Shown here: piece after piece, positions 29,967-32,000 of the stretch
Numbering within the stretch: the stretch's first letter is position 1
Layout: the number at the start of each line of letters is the position of its first letter
Source of the DNA: Candidatus Altimarinota bacterium
GTDB lineage: Bacteria > Patescibacteriota > Gracilibacteria > UBA1369
Direction: 5' to 3'
NCBI GenBank assembly: GCA_041659405.1
Contig: JBAZYK010000013.1
Span: 1-32,000 of the forward strand
DNA: 32,000 nucleotides
Notes under the pieces: generated by a model
Databases searched by the model: none
What the model was told of the DNA's origin: nothing
Seen by the model: only the letters and a program-made list of their open reading frames with translations
Program-made: the position numbers and the translations under genes

Positions 29967-29994
29967 AGATAAAATTCCCGCTAAATTCTGCTCG

Positions 29995-30570
29995 ATGAAA
30001 ATACCCGAAGCTCAGCTGACTGATGAACAAATAGCGCTATTGGTACAACAAGGAGATAAAGAAAAATTCGGGTTCTTGATGGATCGATACGAACAGAAAC
30101 TTTTCCGCTACGGCAAAAAATTTCTTTTTGATTGGCATAATATTGAGGATCTGATTCAGGAGATCTTTTTAAAAGCTTATCAAAATATTAAAAGTTTTGA
30201 TGTTTCACAAAAGTTTTCTCCCTGGATTTACCGCATTGCCCACAATTCATTTATCAATGCCATCAAGAAAACCAGCAGAAGCCCCCTTTCGTTTTTTGAT
30301 TTTGATACACTGATCCCTCATCCGGAACATATTGATGAAGTAGCTCAGGAACATGATCGTAAAGCGATGCGTAAAATCATTGATCAGGGACTTCAAAAGC
30401 TCTCATCAAACTATCGGGAAATTATTATTTTATTTTATCTTGAAGAACTGAGTTACAAAGAAATCGGAGACATCCTTCATGTTCCACCTGGGACGGTTGG
30501 AATTCGCCTGCAAAGAGCCAAAAAACAGCTTAAAGAAAATTTACCGGCAGATGTAAAACTTCACCTATGA
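29995..30570 (+). CDS. RNA polymerase sigma factor, ECF (sigma-24) subfamily
   Basis: Region 2 'DLIQEIFLKAYQNIKSF...FSPWIYRIAHNSFINAIKK'. Region 4 'YREIIILFYLEELSYKEIGDILHVPPGTVGIRLQRAKKQL'. 191 aa. Confidence 0.88.
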   Translation: MKIPEAQLTDEQIALLVQQGDKEKFGFLMDRYEQKLFRYGKKFLFDWHNIEDLIQEIFLKAYQNIKSFDVSQKFSPWIYRIAHNSFINAIKKTSRSPLSFFDFDTLIPHPEHIDEVAQEHDRKAMRKIIDQGLQKLSSNYREIIILFYLEELSYKEIGDILHVPPGTVGIRLQRAKKQLKENLPADVKLHL

Positions 30571-31340
30571 ATAAAATACCACCACAATCAGACCCAAGCG
30601 CGAGCTCCATTCCTGAAACATTGCACGAGAAATTTAAAAATTCCGTGCTTGATAAAATTAAAAAAGGCGAAGTTCACATGCGTCCCAAAGCTTATTTTGT
30701 GCTCAAATTAATACTTTTGATTACAGTTGGTGTTTTGGCTTTGCTGACATCTTCAGTGCTGATTAGTTTCATTATTTTTAGTGTAAACGTCAGCGGGAAA
30801 ATGTTTTTGTTAGGATTTGGTGCACGCGGAATTAGCATGTTCTTTTTGCTTTTCCCCTGGAAAATTCTGGTAATAAATGTTTTACTTTTATTTTTATTGG
30901 AATGGCTGATTAAACGTTTTCAATTTGGGTATCGCCGACCTTTTATTTATCTTTTATCATGTGCCTTGGCAATCAGCATTGTTGCCGGACTTATCATCAA
31001 TGCAACTCCACTTCATCAAGCTATATTAAAATCAAACGAAGAAAGGCATTTGCCGGTAATTGGATCATTTTATGAACATTTAAGAAGGCCGACCGATGGC
31101 AGAGATGTGGTCAGAGGAGTGGTAATCACCATTTCCGGAAACTCATTAACACTTCAGGCTGATGATCTTGATAACGATCATGATGACGGTATCAGAAAAG
31201 TTATTATGGCACCGCCAATTCAAATTCCAAATTTTATCAAAATTGGGGACTTGATTTTCGTAGCGGGTGATCTTAGGGATGATCAAATTTTTGCCTTTGG
31301 TATAAGAAAAATCGAACCTAATGTGGGTAATCGGAAATAA
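30567..31340 (+). CDS. Multi-pass membrane protein, putative anti-sigma factor (by position only)
   Basis: ATGA overlap with the sigma gene stop. Cytoplasmic N-terminal ~45 aa, then at least four hydrophobic segments ('FVLKLILLITVGVLALLTSSVLISFIIF', 'ISMFFLLFPWKILVINVLLLFLLEWL', 'FIYLLSCALAISIVAGLII'...). No HxxxCxxC zinc anti-sigma motif. Confidence 0.5.
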   Translation: MNKIPPQSDPSASSIPETLHEKFKNSVLDKIKKGEVHMRPKAYFVLKLILLITVGVLALLTSSVLISFIIFSVNVSGKMFLLGFGARGISMFFLLFPWKILVINVLLLFLLEWLIKRFQFGYRRPFIYLLSCALAISIVAGLIINATPLHQAILKSNEERHLPVIGSFYEHLRRPTDGRDVVRGVVITISGNSLTLQADDLDNDHDDGIRKVIMAPPIQIPNFIKIGDLIFVAGDLRDDQIFAFGIRKIEPNVGNRK

Positions 31341-31364
31341 TAAATGAAATAATCTTGTCCGAGA

Positions 31365-31384
31365 GGGTGTAGTAGTAAGTGTCG
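31365..31384 (+). promoter_or_regulatory. Motif GGGTGTA-N7-GTGT upstream of the secreted-protein gene (copy B)
   Basis: GGGTGTAGTAGTAAGTGTCG. AT-rich -10-like GATTAT at 31390-31395. ATG at 31417. Shares the GGGTGTA 7-mer, an (A/G)TA-rich spacer and GTGT with copy A. Confidence 0.3.
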
Positions 31385-31416
31385 CGACTGATTATTATTT
31401 ATTAAACTCAAAATCT

Positions 31417-31974
31417 ATGAATAAGAAATTATTGGCATCCGGAAGTGCGTTTGTAGTTTTACTTATGGTAGGCTCCGGCATCGGTTTTGCCCAAGTGGCT
31501 CCTACAGAATCGTCTACTGCAGATCAAGAAAATACTTCAAAAGGAGCTTGGCATTTTAACCATAACTTTAAGCCAAATTCAAATTCGGACGCAGGTATGA
31601 CTATGCTTGCAACCAAACTTGGCCTTAATGCCGATCAGGTTAAACGGAAGCTGCAATCAGGGAAAAGTTTCAAACAGATTCTTGCTGACCGTGGCATTAC
31701 TCGCAATCGCCATTTTGGCGGTGGATTAATGGCTCCTGAAATGCTTCAGGCACAGGCTAATGCTTTGGGTATTACGGTTGATCAACTAAAACTGGATTTA
31801 AAAAACAAGCAAACTCCACGCCAGATTGCCACCACTCAAGGGCTTACTATCGCGCAATTTAACCAAAAGCTCGCTCAACAACTTCAAACAATGATTCAAA
31901 ATGGAACAATCACCGGCGACAAAGTTACTTTCTTTAACCGCATTATTAAAAGATTGAACCAGCCTAAACAATAA
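31417..31974 (+). CDS. Secreted hypothetical protein with an internal helical repeat
   Basis: Signal peptide 'MNKKLLASGSAFVVLLMVGSGIGFAQVA'. Repeated 'LG(L/I)(N/T)xDQ(V/L)K..L...(K/Q)....I....G(I/L)T' units (residues around 'LGLNADQVKRKLQSGKSFKQILADRGIT' and 'LGITVDQLKLDLKNKQTPRQIATTQGLT'). Confidence 0.6.
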   Translation: MNKKLLASGSAFVVLLMVGSGIGFAQVAPTESSTADQENTSKGAWHFNHNFKPNSNSDAGMTMLATKLGLNADQVKRKLQSGKSFKQILADRGITRNRHFGGGLMAPEMLQAQANALGITVDQLKLDLKNKQTPRQIATTQGLTIAQFNQKLAQQLQTMIQNGTITGDKVTFFNRIIKRLNQPKQ

Positions 31975-32000
31975 CCCGAGCCAACCGCTTGCCCCATATG

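Overview
Gene-dense, low-GC bacterial window. I found no rRNA, tRNA or CRISPR array. Most start codons I checked lack an obvious Shine-Dalgarno sequence. Together with the gene content (a CxxC-x17-CxxC zinc-ribbon protein, a large Cys-rich zinc-ribbon protein, very compact operons), this suggests an uncultivated small-genome lineage (CPR/Patescibacteria-like); that is inference only. Contents, left to right: (1) a tightly packed minus-strand operon, metG -> group II PLP decarboxylase -> Pol-beta-type nucleotidyltransferase -> HisC/CobD-like aminotransferase -> 2H phosphoesterase (162-5765). (2) A 540-aa Cys-rich repeat protein. (3) A Fic-MerR fusion, a DEDDh exonuclease, and a 1161-aa UvrD-type helicase with a C-terminal RecB-type nuclease. 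(4) The stand-out: a Type I R-M locus (hsdM 13106, hsdS 18345, hsdR 21371, all on the + strand) stretched to 10.6 kb by embedded cargo. Between hsdM and hsdS lie an ABC-type ATPase + RloB/TOPRIM-like pair with its own promoter, then a translationally coupled pair of unannotatable AT-rich genes (284 aa + 327 aa). Between hsdS and hsdR lie a 189-aa orphan and a 56/177/63-aa trio. Each of these two cargo blocks is followed by a decayed direct copy of the hsdS 3' end, which suggests serial cassette insertion at that site. Three helically phased TAGGTA repeats sit in the hsdR promoter region. (5) Housekeeping genes: an ABC-F ATPase; a minus-strand operon of CxxC zinc-ribbon/RGG protein, recQ and engB; a ZnuA-like binding protein with an operator-like palindrome inside its promoter; and an ECF sigma / membrane protein / secreted protein trio that shares an upstream motif. 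The best candidates for an undescribed system are the cargo genes inside the Type I locus, especially 16501-18335 and 19571-21253. All functional calls rest on motif recognition by eye; no database search was possible.
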